A stretch of 64,000 nt of DNA from Eubacteriales bacterium (GCA_045537045.1 JAZSOS010000023.1:21175-85174), one strand, 5' to 3'. Shown: positions 38,301 through 47,318, numbered from the stretch's first letter. The notes: generated by a model not told the origin, from the sequence alone. Made by a program: numbers and translations.

Positions 38301-39836
38301 ATAATCTATCGTGGGTTCTGCAAGAGCACTTGTAACGCCGGTTATGTCGTTGCGGATTTCATCCAGAGTATAGCCGAGAGCGATTTTTGTGGTTATCTTC
38401 GCAATCGGATAACCCGTGGCTTTTGACGCAAGCGCGGAGGAACGCGAAACGCGCGGATTTACCTCTATTACCGCATATTCAAAACTATCAGGATTCAGCG
38501 CAAACTGACAGTTACATCCGCCGACAATTCCTATGGCTGAAATAATGTCAAGAGAAGCCTTGCGGAGCATCTGATACTCTTTATCTGAAAGCGTCAGCGC
38601 GGGCGCTGCGACAATGGAATCACCGGTATGTATACCCACCGGATCGAAATTTTCCATAGAGCATATAATTATGGCGTTTCCGGCACTGTCGCGCATTGTT
38701 TCAAACTCAATTTCTTTCCATCCCGCGATGCATTTTTCGATGAGCACCTGAGTTATCGGAGACATATCAAGCCCGTTCTTGGCAATAATGCGAAGCTCTT
38801 TCTCGTCCCCGGCAATTCCTCCCCCCGTACCACCAAGCGTAAACGCAGGACGGACAATTACGGGATAACCTATCTTTTCCGCAATGGCAAGCGCGCCTTC
38901 GACATTATCGGTAACATCCGACGGAACGCACGGCTGACCAATCTCTTTCATAGTATCGCGGAAAAGCTCTCTGTCTTCTGCCTTGTCAATGGCATCGACA
39001 TCTGTACCGAGAAGGCGGACATTGTACTTTTCAAGAGTTCCGTTTCTTTCAAGCTGCATTGCGATAGTAAGCCCAGTCTGCCCGCCGAGACCGGCAAGCA
39101 GTCCGTCCGGACGCTCTTTTTCAATTATACGCGCAACCGTCTCTGCATTGAGCGGCTCAAGATAAATCTCGTCTGAGAGGTTTTTATCCGTCATTATCGT
39201 CGCGGGATTAGAGTTTACAAGAACAACGTTTATTCCCTCTTCACGGAGCACACGGCACGCCTGAGCCCCCGCATAGTCAAACTCTGCCGCCTGGCCGATA
39301 ACAATAGGTCCTGAGCCGATTACTAAAACCTTTTTAATTGATGCATCGCGAGAAGATTTCGCGCTGTTTTCTCTGTAAAGCAGCTTAGCGTTACAGTTTT
39401 CAGTTGCAGGTTGTTTTTCAGGCTTTTCGGGCAGTTTTTGCGGAATATCGTCACAAATCACGGCGCTTACCGCCTCTTTATCCCTCAGAATGCGGATAAT
39501 CTCACGCGTATCCACACCGGAGATGCCGCACACACCTTTTTCCTTTAAATATTCATCGAGACGCCCTTCAGAACGAAAATTTGACGGAGCATCACAAAGC
39601 TCACGCACAACGAATCCGAGAGGAGCGTTCTCCCCTATTTCTTCATCCGTTATTATACCGTGGTTTCCTACAAGCGGAAATGCAGACACCACAATTTTCC
39701 CGGCATTTTCTTCCCGGGAGAGAATTTTCATATACTCTGTCTCTGTTGTAAAAACAAGTTCGCCGACAGCGTTGTTTAATGCGCCTACCCGCTTTCCCTC
39801 AAACACATCACCTGTACCGAGCACCAGATATGCCAT
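35325..39836 (-). CDS. carB: fusion protein: CarA N-terminal domain + carbamoyl-phosphate synthase large subunit (CarB) + DapF-like (diaminopimelate epimerase fold) domain
   Basis: Single uninterrupted 1503-aa frame from ATG 39836 (SD GGAGGA 8 nt upstream). Approximate domains: aa 1-130 CarA N-domain, aa 168-1225 CarB (two ATP-grasp halves plus MGS-like allosteric domain), last 278 aa DapF-like (KMHSCGNDY, FNRDGSE, GNPHCV, ERGNGETLACGTGACA). Confidence 0.85.
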   Translation of the reverse strand: MAYLVLGTGDVFEGKRVGALNNAVGELVFTTETEYMKILSREENAGKIVVSAFPLVGNHGIITDEEIGENAPLGFVVRELCDAPSNFRSEGRLDEYLKEKGVCGISGVDTREIIRILRDKEAVSAVICDDIPQKLPEKPEKQPATENCNAKLLYRENSAKSSRDASIKKVLVIGSGPIVIGQAAEFDYAGAQACRVLREEGINVVLVNSNPATIMTDKNLSDEIYLEPLNAETVARIIEKERPDGLLAGLGGQTGLTIAMQLERNGTLEKYNVRLLGTDVDAIDKAEDRELFRDTMKEIGQPCVPSDVTDNVEGALAIAEKIGYPVIVRPAFTLGGTGGGIAGDEKELRIIAKNGLDMSPITQVLIEKCIAGWKEIEFETMRDSAGNAIIICSMENFDPVGIHTGDSIVAAPALTLSDKEYQMLRKASLDIISAIGIVGGCNCQFALNPDSFEYAVIEVNPRVSRSSALASKATGYPIAKITTKIALGYTLDEIRNDITGVTSALAEPTIDYVVVKFPKWPFDKFTESERKLGTQMKATGEVMSIGQSFEEAIMKAVRGAEISFDTLDAPALDNRPVIARLAEQNDRRIFTVFEALKAGVSIDEIFDITKIDRFFLAKIKNLADFEKKIANGLSDGDYMQAKKLGYTDVAIARISGAKKLPEHSFSYKMVDTCAARFSAKTPYFYSCNDSSCDSRRFPRSGKPVVMVLGSGPIRIGQGIEFDYSSVHCVWTLRKMGYDVVIVNNNPETVSTDYDTADRLYFEPLTPEDVMNIIRVENPVGVVVAFGGQTAIKLTQFLDKNGIKILGTSAESIDVAEDRSRFDELLESFGIKRPRGMGVNTVEEALAAAESFGYPVLLRPSYVIGGQNMTISRSPEHTEKYMKTILSGGIENPVLVDKYMPGTELEVDVISDGRDVLIPGIMEHIERAGVHSGDSIAVYPPYNLNDKFLQKVCDCSEKLALAMKTKGLVNIQYLIYDNELYVIEVNPRASRTVPYISKVTNVPMVDLASKVMLGASLRELGYGTGLYRTPPYYAVKVPVFSFEKLNDVNSILGPEMKSTGEVLGIGKTMAEALFKGLTSAGFTVPSPHTEKGAGVLVSVEESDYQEIISLAKRFSDAGITLYATTGTAAAIAEAGIDVVSVANATENNDLYELMESGTLNYIVYTGAVKDATVGDYTKLHRRAMQLGLPCLTSLDTANALADIIESRFTISNTELVDINAMRLWRQKIRFAKMHSCGNDYIFIENFDGKLTCAESLCVNLCTPHYGIGGDGIVLIEKSTVADAKMRSFNRDGSEGKMAGNSIRCVAKYLYDKGYVRSEYMSVETGSGIYRMKLYLRDGKVSSVAVNMGKADLSAKSLPTLLSEEKLVNYPVKIAGGSYNITCLSVGNPHCVVFYDALDSLNLAETGPRFECADVFPERINTEFVRVINPTTLRTRVWERGNGETLACGTGACAAVVAAVENGFCEKEKDIVVKLPGGELVVNYTDECILLTGSAHLVYEGEFEY

Positions 39837-39904
39837 TTTAACATTCCTCCTGTCAAAACACATTATGAGGCAAAACATATCAACCGGATATGCTTTGCTC
39901 CGTC

Positions 39905-39946
39905 TAAAAAAGCAAGCAGACATATGAACGCAGCATATGTCCGCTT
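39905..39946 (-). terminator. intrinsic terminator/attenuator between argF and the CPS fusion ORF
   Basis: 13-bp stem AAGCGGACAUAUG/CAUAUGUCUGCUU (39946-39934 / 39926-39914), followed by GCUUUUUU. Confidence 0.7.
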
Positions 39947-39955
39947 ACCGTGTAT

Positions 39956-40939
39956 TTATAAAGTCGCAGCCATTACCGCTTTTATAGTGTGCATACGGTT
40001 TTCAGCCTCATCAAAAACAATGGACTGTTTTCCCTCGATAACCTCGTCGGTTACTTCCATTGCATCAATGCCGAATTTATCATAGATTTGCTTTCCGATA
40101 GTAGTTTTAAGGTCATGGAATGCAGGCAGACAGTGCATAAAGCGGCACTGCTCTCCGGCGTTTTCCATTATGCGCGAATTGACCTGATACGGGAGCAGGT
40201 CTTCAATTCTTTCTTTCCATACTTCGTCCGGCTCGCCCATTGACACCCATACATCAGTGTAAATAACGTGTGCATCCTTTGTTGCAACCATGGGGTCTTC
40301 GATAAATTCAAGAACAGCGCCTGTTTCCTTTGCAATTCCCTGACAGGTTTTAACAAGTTCTTCATCAGGGAAATATTTTTTCGGCGCGCAGGCAACAAAG
40401 TGCATACCCATCTTCGCACATCCTACCATAAGGGAATTGCCCATATTGTAACGTGCATCTCCCATGTATACGAGTTTTTTGCCGGAAAGATTGCCAAAAT
40501 GCTCTTTTATCGTGAGAAAATCGGCAAGAATCTGGGTCGGATGAAATTCGTTTGTAAGCCCGTTCCATACAGGCACTCCCGCATACTTTGCCAGCTCTTC
40601 CACAACTTCCTGACCAAATCCGCGGTATTCAATACCGTCAAACATTCTGCCGAGGACGCGTGCCGTATCAGCAATGCTTTCCTTTTTACCGATCTGTGAG
40701 CCCTGAGGGTCGAGATATACGGGATGCATACCAAGATCTGCCGCAGCAACCTCAAATGCACAGCGGGTGCGTGTGCTTGTCTTTTCAAATATGAGAGCTA
40801 TGTTCTTGCCTTCGAATGTCTTATGCGGGATTCCGCGCTTTTTCTTTGCCTTATACTCAGAGGCAAGATCTATGAGATAATTGATTTCTGCAGGTGTAAA
40901 GTCAAGCAGCTTCAAGAAATGTCTTCCCTTTAAATTCAT
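39956..40939 (-). CDS. argF: ornithine carbamoyltransferase
   Basis: 327 aa. Motifs STRTR, HPTQ, DVWVSMG, HCLP. Confidence 0.95.
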   Translation of the reverse strand: MNLKGRHFLKLLDFTPAEINYLIDLASEYKAKKKRGIPHKTFEGKNIALIFEKTSTRTRCAFEVAAADLGMHPVYLDPQGSQIGKKESIADTARVLGRMFDGIEYRGFGQEVVEELAKYAGVPVWNGLTNEFHPTQILADFLTIKEHFGNLSGKKLVYMGDARYNMGNSLMVGCAKMGMHFVACAPKKYFPDEELVKTCQGIAKETGAVLEFIEDPMVATKDAHVIYTDVWVSMGEPDEVWKERIEDLLPYQVNSRIMENAGEQCRFMHCLPAFHDLKTTIGKQIYDKFGIDAMEVTDEVIEGKQSIVFDEAENRMHTIKAVMAATL

Positions 40940-40960
40940 ATCGGCATTTTCCTTTCAAAA

Positions 40961-42127
40961 TCATTGCGCACAAGCGCTTTTTATAACGGCAACAGCCTCT
41001 TTAAGAATATCCATCGGGATATTGAGCGATGGAAGAAGACGAACCTTATCCTTTGCCGTAAGGCAAAGAACACCATTTTCCATACACTTTTTCACAACGT
41101 CGCCTGCCGCCCTTTTAGTCTTTATACCAATCATAAAACCCATACCGCTTACGGACTCGACACCGTCAGCGCCGCAAAGCTCATCAAAGATATATTTACT
41201 TTTGCTCTTTACGTCTGCAAGAAGCTTATCGTCAATTCTTTCAACAATGCTTATTGCGCCTGCCGAGCTTACGGGGTTTCCTCCGAAGGTCGAACCGTGG
41301 TCGCCAAAGCCGAGGACGTTCTTCACTTTATCGGAAAGAAGCACCGCGCCAATCGGTAAACCGCCGCCAAGACCTTTCGCCGTTGACACTACATCCGGTT
41401 TTATACCGAAGTTCATATACGCATACATTTCTCCAGTTCTGCCGTTACCGGTCTGAACCTCATCTACAATGAGAATTATATCGTTTTCTGCCGCATACTG
41501 CGCAGTTTTCTTAACAAAATCAGCCTCAAGAGGAAGCACGCCGCCCTCACCCTGGATACACTCTATCATAATTGCGGCAACCTTATTGTTTTCAGCAGTT
41601 TTAACGAGCGCATCAAAGTCGTTTGCAGGAGTATGAACAAAGCCGGGTGTTAGCGGACAGAACAGCTCGTGGTAATGCTCCTGACCAGTAGCCGCAAGAG
41701 TTGTAAGAGTTCTGCCGTGGAAGCTGTTTTCAAGCGTGATTATCGTAAAACAATCCTTCCCCTTTTTATCTGCTGCATATTTTCTTGCAACCTTTATTGC
41801 ACATTCATTTGCTTCTGCACCGGAGTTGCCGAAGAACACCTTGCTCATTCCCGTCTTTTCACACAGAAGCTTTGCAAGACGCGCACACGGCTCGGTATAA
41901 TAGAGATTGGACATATGCTGAACCTTGGAAAGCTGGTCGACTACTGCATTTTTCCACTCGTCATCCGCTATTCCGAATGCTGTTACGCCGATGCCGGTCC
42001 CCATATCAATGTAACGCTTGCCGTCGGTGCCGTAAACCTCGGCACCCTTACCGTGGGAGATTTCTATCGGAAATCTGTTGTATGTTCCGGCAACGTATTC
42101 CTTATCAATAGAAGTAATATTACTCAT
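40961..42127 (-). CDS. argD: acetylornithine aminotransferase
   Basis: 388 aa. Class-III aminotransferase, DEVQTG..RTG, PLP Lys in TAKGLGGG. Confidence 0.92.
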   Translation of the reverse strand: MSNITSIDKEYVAGTYNRFPIEISHGKGAEVYGTDGKRYIDMGTGIGVTAFGIADDEWKNAVVDQLSKVQHMSNLYYTEPCARLAKLLCEKTGMSKVFFGNSGAEANECAIKVARKYAADKKGKDCFTIITLENSFHGRTLTTLAATGQEHYHELFCPLTPGFVHTPANDFDALVKTAENNKVAAIMIECIQGEGGVLPLEADFVKKTAQYAAENDIILIVDEVQTGNGRTGEMYAYMNFGIKPDVVSTAKGLGGGLPIGAVLLSDKVKNVLGFGDHGSTFGGNPVSSAGAISIVERIDDKLLADVKSKSKYIFDELCGADGVESVSGMGFMIGIKTKRAAGDVVKKCMENGVLCLTAKDKVRLLPSLNIPMDILKEAVAVIKSACAQ

Positions 42128-42992
42128 TTTTACCTCCGGTTACCATCGTACCCGCACCTTCATCAGTGAGAAGCTCCATAAGAATGGAGTGGGATACTCT
42201 TCCGTCCATGATGATTACGTTTTTTACACCCTCGTGAATTGCTTCTATGCAGCAATTTACCTTCGGAATCATACCGCCGGATATGACCCCCTCTTTATAC
42301 AGAGAAGCAGCTTCGTCTATCGTGATTTCCGTGATAAGCGTTGACGGGTCATCCTTATCGCGTAGGATGCCTGCGATATCCGTCATCATTATAAGACGCT
42401 CTGCACCAAGCGCACCTGCAATGTATGCTGCAGCGGTATCACCGTTGATGTTGTATGTATTTCCTTCCGCATCGCAGCCAAGAGTTGAAATTACGGGGAT
42501 ATAGTTCTTTTCAAGCAGGTCAATAACCGGCTTTATATTGACTTTGGTAATGTCTCCGACATATCCAAGGCGCTCATCACGCATTTTTGACTCAATAAGG
42601 CGTCCATCCATACCGGAGATTCCCATAGCCTTGCCGCCCTTCATTTCAAGAAGGTTTACAAGCGTTTTGTTTACCTTACCGGCAAGTACCATCTGGACAA
42701 TATCAACAGTTTCTTTATCGGTTACGCGAAGACCGTCCACAAACTCTGCCTTCTTGCCAAGACGAGACATAAGGTCATTGATTTCCGGACCGCCGCCGTG
42801 AACAAGAACTATTTTTACACCGATAAGCCACAGAAGAACGATATCCTCCATAACCTGTTCTTTGAGCTGTTCGTCAATCATTGCGTTTCCGCCGTATTTG
42901 ACAACAACGATTTTGCCGTTGTATCTCTGTATGTAAGGCAGAGCCTGGGTTAAAACCTCTGCGCGCTCTGCATTTGAAAAAAAGCCTTCCAT
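42120..42992 (-). CDS. argB: acetylglutamate kinase
   Basis: 290 aa. VVKYGGNAM, LVHGGGP, amino-acid-kinase fold. Overlaps the argD start by 8 nt. Confidence 0.95.
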   Translation of the reverse strand: MEGFFSNAERAEVLTQALPYIQRYNGKIVVVKYGGNAMIDEQLKEQVMEDIVLLWLIGVKIVLVHGGGPEINDLMSRLGKKAEFVDGLRVTDKETVDIVQMVLAGKVNKTLVNLLEMKGGKAMGISGMDGRLIESKMRDERLGYVGDITKVNIKPVIDLLEKNYIPVISTLGCDAEGNTYNINGDTAAAYIAGALGAERLIMMTDIAGILRDKDDPSTLITEITIDEAASLYKEGVISGGMIPKVNCCIEAIHEGVKNVIIMDGRVSHSILMELLTDEGAGTMVTGGKNE

Positions 42993-43005
42993 AATACTTT
43001 CTCCT

Positions 43006-44229
43006 TTATGTACGGTAGTCTCCGTTTATTTTCACGTAATCGTAAGTAAGGTCACAGCCCCAGGCTGTCGCGCCAAACTCTCCGTCACCTACGGAAACGA
43101 TAATCTCGATTTCAGGTTCAAGGAGAATTTCCTTTGCAATCTCTTCGGAGAACGGAACACCCGCTCCGTTTTTGCAGACCGAAATTTCGCCCTTTGCACT
43201 CTTAAACGAAACGTCGACACGGCTAACATCAACAGCAGCGCCGCTGTAACCTATTGCACAGAGAACGCGTCCCCAGTTTGCATCTGCACCGAACATTGCC
43301 GCCTTTAAAAGACTTGAGCAAATAACACTCTTTGCAACGGTCTTTGCCGTAGCTGAGCTTGACGCACCGCTGACGGTGCACTCAAGCATCTTTGTAGCGC
43401 CCTCGCCGTCTGCTGCTATCATCCGGCAAAGGTGGACAGTAACAGTATTGAGAGCTTTCATAAACACTGCAAAGTCTTCATCCTCGGTGGTAACCTCAGC
43501 ATTACCTGCCATACCGTTTGCAAGGACGGTTACCATATCGTTGGTAGACGTATCGCCGTCGATACTTACCATATTGAACGTATCTTTTATATCCGCAGAC
43601 AGCGCTTTCTGCAAAAGCGCCGGGGATATAGCCACGTCGGTTGTAATGAAAACAAGCATAGTCGCCATATTGGGATGGATCATACCGCTTCCCTTAGCGA
43701 TGCCGCCCATTCTGCAGACTTTACCGCCAAGCGTGAACTCTACGGCGATTTCTTTTTTAACGGTATCCGTTGTCATAATTCCCTCTGCAGCAACCTCACC
43801 GCCGTCAACAGAAAGACCTGCAGAAAGTGCCGGAAGCCTGTCTGCAATTGGGGTGATATCAAGTGGCTGACCGATAACACCGGTGGACGCGACAACAATG
43901 TCGTTAGCAGAAATACCAAGAGCCGATGCCGTAAGCGCGCTCATTTTCTCCGCCACCTCAATGCCGTCTGCATTGCAGGTGTTGGCGTTTCCGCTGTTGC
44001 AGATAACAGCCTGCGCATACCCGTCGGATATATGATTTTTTGTAACAGTAAGCGGTGCGCCCTTGACGAGGTTGGTAGTATACACAGCCGCAGCTGATGC
44101 CCGAACGTCACTTGCTATAAGCGTAAGGTCTCTCTTTGTTTTATTTTTTCTGATACCACAGTGAATACCATTTGCCCTAAAGCCTTTTGCGGCACATACT
44201 CCGCCGTTTATAATCTTCATTTTTATCAC
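43006..44229 (-). CDS. argJ: bifunctional ornithine acetyltransferase/N-acetylglutamate synthase
   Basis: 407 aa. Autoprocessing region HPNMATMLVFITTD and C-terminal YVKINGDYRT. Confidence 0.95.
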   Translation of the reverse strand: MIKMKIINGGVCAAKGFRANGIHCGIRKNKTKRDLTLIASDVRASAAAVYTTNLVKGAPLTVTKNHISDGYAQAVICNSGNANTCNADGIEVAEKMSALTASALGISANDIVVASTGVIGQPLDITPIADRLPALSAGLSVDGGEVAAEGIMTTDTVKKEIAVEFTLGGKVCRMGGIAKGSGMIHPNMATMLVFITTDVAISPALLQKALSADIKDTFNMVSIDGDTSTNDMVTVLANGMAGNAEVTTEDEDFAVFMKALNTVTVHLCRMIAADGEGATKMLECTVSGASSSATAKTVAKSVICSSLLKAAMFGADANWGRVLCAIGYSGAAVDVSRVDVSFKSAKGEISVCKNGAGVPFSEEIAKEILLEPEIEIIVSVGDGEFGATAWGCDLTYDYVKINGDYRT

Positions 44230-44240
44230 CGTTTCCTTTG

Positions 44241-45164
44241 TTAAACGTTAAGTCCTGTTTTTTCATCCACACCGAGAAGGATGTTCATATTTTGAATTGC
44301 TGAGCCGGATGCGCCTTTGCCAAGATTATCAAACCTCGACACGAGAAGAATTCTCTCATCATTGCCGCAGACGGATATTTCCATATCGTCGCGATTAGAC
44401 AATGCGCCTGCCGACATAAAACCCGTTTCATCAGCAGTATCAGTATAGCGGACAAGACCATTCTTATAATAATCAGCATAAACCCTTTTTATATCTTCGA
44501 TACTGCCCTGAATTTGATTTGCGTGGAGCGGAATTGTAACTTCCATTCCGCTGTAATACGGAGCTACTATCGGACAGAACACCGGTGCAGACATGAGGCC
44601 ACATACCTTGACGATTTCCGGAAGATGCTTGTGAGTCTGTGAAAGGCCGTACATCCTGGGTGCATCAAGAAGAACACTCCGCTCTGCAGCTTCATACTCC
44701 GCTATCATCTTCTTTCCGCCTCCGGAATATCCGGTGAGCGAAAAAGCAGATAACTGAAGCTCACGTCCTATAACTCCCGCTTCAACCAGCGGTGCCGTAA
44801 GCGCAACAACGCCGCTTGCGTGGCAACCGGGGTTTGCAATGCGCTTTGAAGCTTTTATTTTGTCACGACCGCCTGAGATTTCCGGAAAACCGTATGCCCA
44901 CGAATCATTTGTGCGGTGGGCAGTTGATGTATCAATAACCGCGGTATTTTTACTCTCGACCATGCTTACAGCCTCAATTGCTGCCGCATCCGGCAGGCAG
45001 AGAAAAACGATATCCGCCGCATTGAGCATTTCACGGCGGGCAGATGCGTCCTTACGCAGCTCCTCTGAAAGAAGCATAAGCTCTATATCACGTCTTCCTG
45101 CCAATCGCTCGTGAATGCGCAGCCCCGTTGTTCCCGCGCTTCCGTCAATAAATACCTTAGTCAT
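44241..45164 (-). CDS. argC: N-acetyl-gamma-glutamyl-phosphate reductase (short type)
   Basis: 307 aa. Active-site NPGCH and C-terminal DNLGKGASG. Confidence 0.92.
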   Translation of the reverse strand: MTKVFIDGSAGTTGLRIHERLAGRRDIELMLLSEELRKDASARREMLNAADIVFLCLPDAAAIEAVSMVESKNTAVIDTSTAHRTNDSWAYGFPEISGGRDKIKASKRIANPGCHASGVVALTAPLVEAGVIGRELQLSAFSLTGYSGGGKKMIAEYEAAERSVLLDAPRMYGLSQTHKHLPEIVKVCGLMSAPVFCPIVAPYYSGMEVTIPLHANQIQGSIEDIKRVYADYYKNGLVRYTDTADETGFMSAGALSNRDDMEISVCGNDERILLVSRFDNLGKGASGSAIQNMNILLGVDEKTGLNV

Positions 45165-45224
45165 TTCAATTCCTCTTTTATATGTTTTTCATTTTAACAG
45201 CAAAAACAGCTTGCTATGATGCAT

Positions 45225-45242
45225 TTTGAATTATTATACACC
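45225..45242 (-). promoter_or_regulatory. candidate ARG box (ArgR/AhrC operator) overlapping the -10
   Basis: Plus strand reads TTTGAATTATTATACACC. The core TGAAT-TATT-ATACA has one mismatch to TGAAT-WWWW-ATTCA. Confidence 0.45.
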
Positions 45243-45262
45243 TCAACAGCTCTTTTTGTCAA
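45233..45262 (-). promoter_or_regulatory. sigma-A type promoter of the arg operon
   Basis: TTGACA (45262-45257), 18 nt spacer, TATAAT (45238-45233). Confidence 0.5.
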
Positions 45263-45290
45263 CATCTATTTTATATTTATTTATTATTTT

Positions 45291-45303
45291 TGAATATTAT
45301 TCA
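45291..45303. promoter_or_regulatory. ARG-box-like perfect palindrome upstream of the arg promoter
   Basis: TGAATATTATTCA has perfect TGAATA/TATTCA half sites, but the centre is one base shorter than the canonical ARG box. Confidence 0.3.
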
Positions 45304-45310
45304 TTATATC

Positions 45311-45832
45311 TCATTTCTTTATGCAATTTTTCTCAGCGAGAATATCAAGTCTTACAATTGCAAGAATTATAGAAGCCATATTGATGACCTCGGTAAGCAC
45401 ACCACCCCACGCACAGCTTACAAAATTGTAAACAAGCCAGAGCGGTGAGCTTGGAAGAGCACACAGACGAACGTACTTCGGTGTTTTAATCCAAAAAGCA
45501 ACGGTAGTGCATACCATACCAAGAATAGGAAGAACGGACAATGCGTTCTGCCATGTAAATATCCCTGCCGCAACCGACACCGCACAGAAAAGCCACAGCC
45601 ACAATCTGTTATCCGCCCACGTCTTACCCTTGTTTACAAAAACAACTGAACGCGCAAGTGCCACGGCGTTTAAAATCGCGCCTGTATATGCCCCCAGAAG
45701 TCCGAAATGAAGAACGAATGCAAAATTTGCAGCAAGCTGAAACGCAATAATATATTTATGCGTTTTCTGCTGAAAAGAAATTACAGCAAGAACAAGCGCA
45801 ACAGCCCCTATTATTTGTGCAATTATATACAT
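45311..45832 (-). CDS. YgjV-like inner membrane protein
   Basis: 173 aa, 5-6 TM helices. N-terminus IIGAVALVLAVISFQQKT is typical of the family. Confidence 0.7.
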   Translation of the reverse strand: MYIIAQIIGAVALVLAVISFQQKTHKYIIAFQLAANFAFVLHFGLLGAYTGAILNAVALARSVVFVNKGKTWADNRLWLWLFCAVSVAAGIFTWQNALSVLPILGMVCTTVAFWIKTPKYVRLCALPSSPLWLVYNFVSCAWGGVLTEVINMASIILAIVRLDILAEKNCIKK

Positions 45833-45911
45833 AACGAGGTTTTCTCCTTGATTTTTTTACCATTTACTATTATAATACTGTTTGAAGAAACTTTCAAGGA
45901 GATTATATTAT

Positions 45912-47237
45912 ATGAAGGATAAAATTTCAAAGGAAAAAAACGGTAACTTTTTGGCACTTTTGCCGATTGGAGTTTTTCTCGTCCTCTACCTTGGTCTCGG
46001 CATTACTTTCGAGTACATTTTAAAGTATGAAATGGGCTTTTACAACATTCCCATAGTTGTTATTTTCCTAATATCTCTTTTTATCGCCTGCCTGCAGAAC
46101 AGGAAACTTTCATTTGACGAGAAGCTTTCCGTTATGGGAGCCGGTGCGGGAGATAAGAACATTATAACAATGGTGCTTATCTTCCTTGTAGCGGGAATAT
46201 TCGTCGGCGTGGTCGGACGTTCAAGTGCCGACAGCGTTGCTTACTTTTTGCTGTCGGTAATCCCGCCGAAGTTCTCGGTTGCGGTTCTTTTTACCGTAAG
46301 CTGCTTTGTTTCTCTTGCAATGGGAACTTCTGTGGGAACTATAACGCTTATAACGCCGATTGCGGTTTCGGTTTCCGCGGCAAGCGGATTTTCGCTTCCG
46401 CTGTGCGTCGGCTCAGTTGTTGGCGGTGCAATGTTCGGCGACAACCTTTCATTCATCTCCGATACCACCATTGCTGCATGCAACGGTCAGGGGTGCCGTA
46501 TGCGCGATAAATTCAGCGCAAACTTTGCAATAGCACTTCCGGCGGCAATCGTCACTCTTGTCCTCATTCTTGTCCTCTCTCTCAACACAGAGATCACCGG
46601 AGAGGTTTTACACGACTACAATTTAGTTCAGATTATCCCGTACATACTCGTCCTTATAGGCGGTATCGCGGGCATCAACGTCTTTTCCGTTCTTCTTATC
46701 GGTATTGTTTCCGGTGCGGTTATAATGCTCTCAACTGGTGCTACAGATGCAATGACGCTTCTTGTTAATATGAAAGACGGCGCGGCGGGTATGTTTGAAA
46801 CCGCAATGGTTGCAATTCTCGTTTCTGCAATATGTGCACTAATGCGCGAGCACGGTGGCTTTGATGCTCTGCTGTATGCAATTAAAAAGATTTTTAAAGG
46901 AACGCGCGGCGGGCAGATAGGTATGGGGCTTCTTGTCGGTGCAATGGATATAGCAACGGCAAACAACACCGTTGCAATAGTTATGGCAAACCCGATTGCC
47001 AAGGAAATGTCCGAAAGCTACGGCATTTCCCCTAAAAAAGCTGCATCTCTTCTCGATACGTTCTCCTGCGTTTTTCAGGGCGTTATTCCCTACGGCGCAC
47101 AGCTTCTCGTTGCGATTTCCGCAGTTGCCGTTGCAGGGTATAACATTTCGGCATTTGACATTATGCCCTATCTCTTCTATCCGTATCTTTTGCTTATAAG
47201 CTCTCTGATTTCGATTTTTGTGTCGAAAGATAAATGA
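45912..47237 (+). CDS. nhaC: Na+/H+ antiporter NhaC family protein
   Basis: Polytopic membrane protein of about 441 aa. Start at ATG 45912 behind CAAGGAG. Confidence 0.85.
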   Translation: MKDKISKEKNGNFLALLPIGVFLVLYLGLGITFEYILKYEMGFYNIPIVVIFLISLFIACLQNRKLSFDEKLSVMGAGAGDKNIITMVLIFLVAGIFVGVVGRSSADSVAYFLLSVIPPKFSVAVLFTVSCFVSLAMGTSVGTITLITPIAVSVSAASGFSLPLCVGSVVGGAMFGDNLSFISDTTIAACNGQGCRMRDKFSANFAIALPAAIVTLVLILVLSLNTEITGEVLHDYNLVQIIPYILVLIGGIAGINVFSVLLIGIVSGAVIMLSTGATDAMTLLVNMKDGAAGMFETAMVAILVSAICALMREHGGFDALLYAIKKIFKGTRGGQIGMGLLVGAMDIATANNTVAIVMANPIAKEMSESYGISPKKAASLLDTFSCVFQGVIPYGAQLLVAISAVAVAGYNISAFDIMPYLFYPYLLLISSLISIFVSKDK

Positions 47238-47243
47238 TCGCAA

Positions 47244-47270
47244 AATCCCACCCGCTGCGCGGGTGGGATT
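47244..47270. terminator. GC-rich hairpin between convergent genes (serves the minus-strand peptidase gene, U-tract on minus)
   Basis: 12-bp stem AATCCCACCCGC/GCGGGTGGGATT. On the minus strand it is followed by UUUUGCG. Confidence 0.65.
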
Positions 47271-47287
47271 AGTGTTAATCACAGGAA

Positions 47288-47317
47288 CTGTAATGGGATT
47301 TCCATCACAGTTTTTTT
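47288..47317 (+). terminator. intrinsic terminator of nhaC
   Basis: 9-bp stem CTGTAATGG/CCATCACAG (47288-47296 / 47302-47310), followed by T7. Confidence 0.7.
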
Positions 47318-47318
47318 C

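Noticed and set aside
39837-39923. 29-aa N-terminal extension of the CPS fusion ORF (MSACFFRRSK...)
   Set aside because: CarA homology begins at MAYLVLG (ATG 39836), which has a GGAGGA SD. The extension runs through the argF terminator hairpin.
47279-47305. Tiny ORF MEIPLQFL just downstream of the S26-like peptidase, considered as a RiPP precursor
   Set aside because: It has only 8 codons and no SD. It lies within the stem of the nhaC terminator hairpin.
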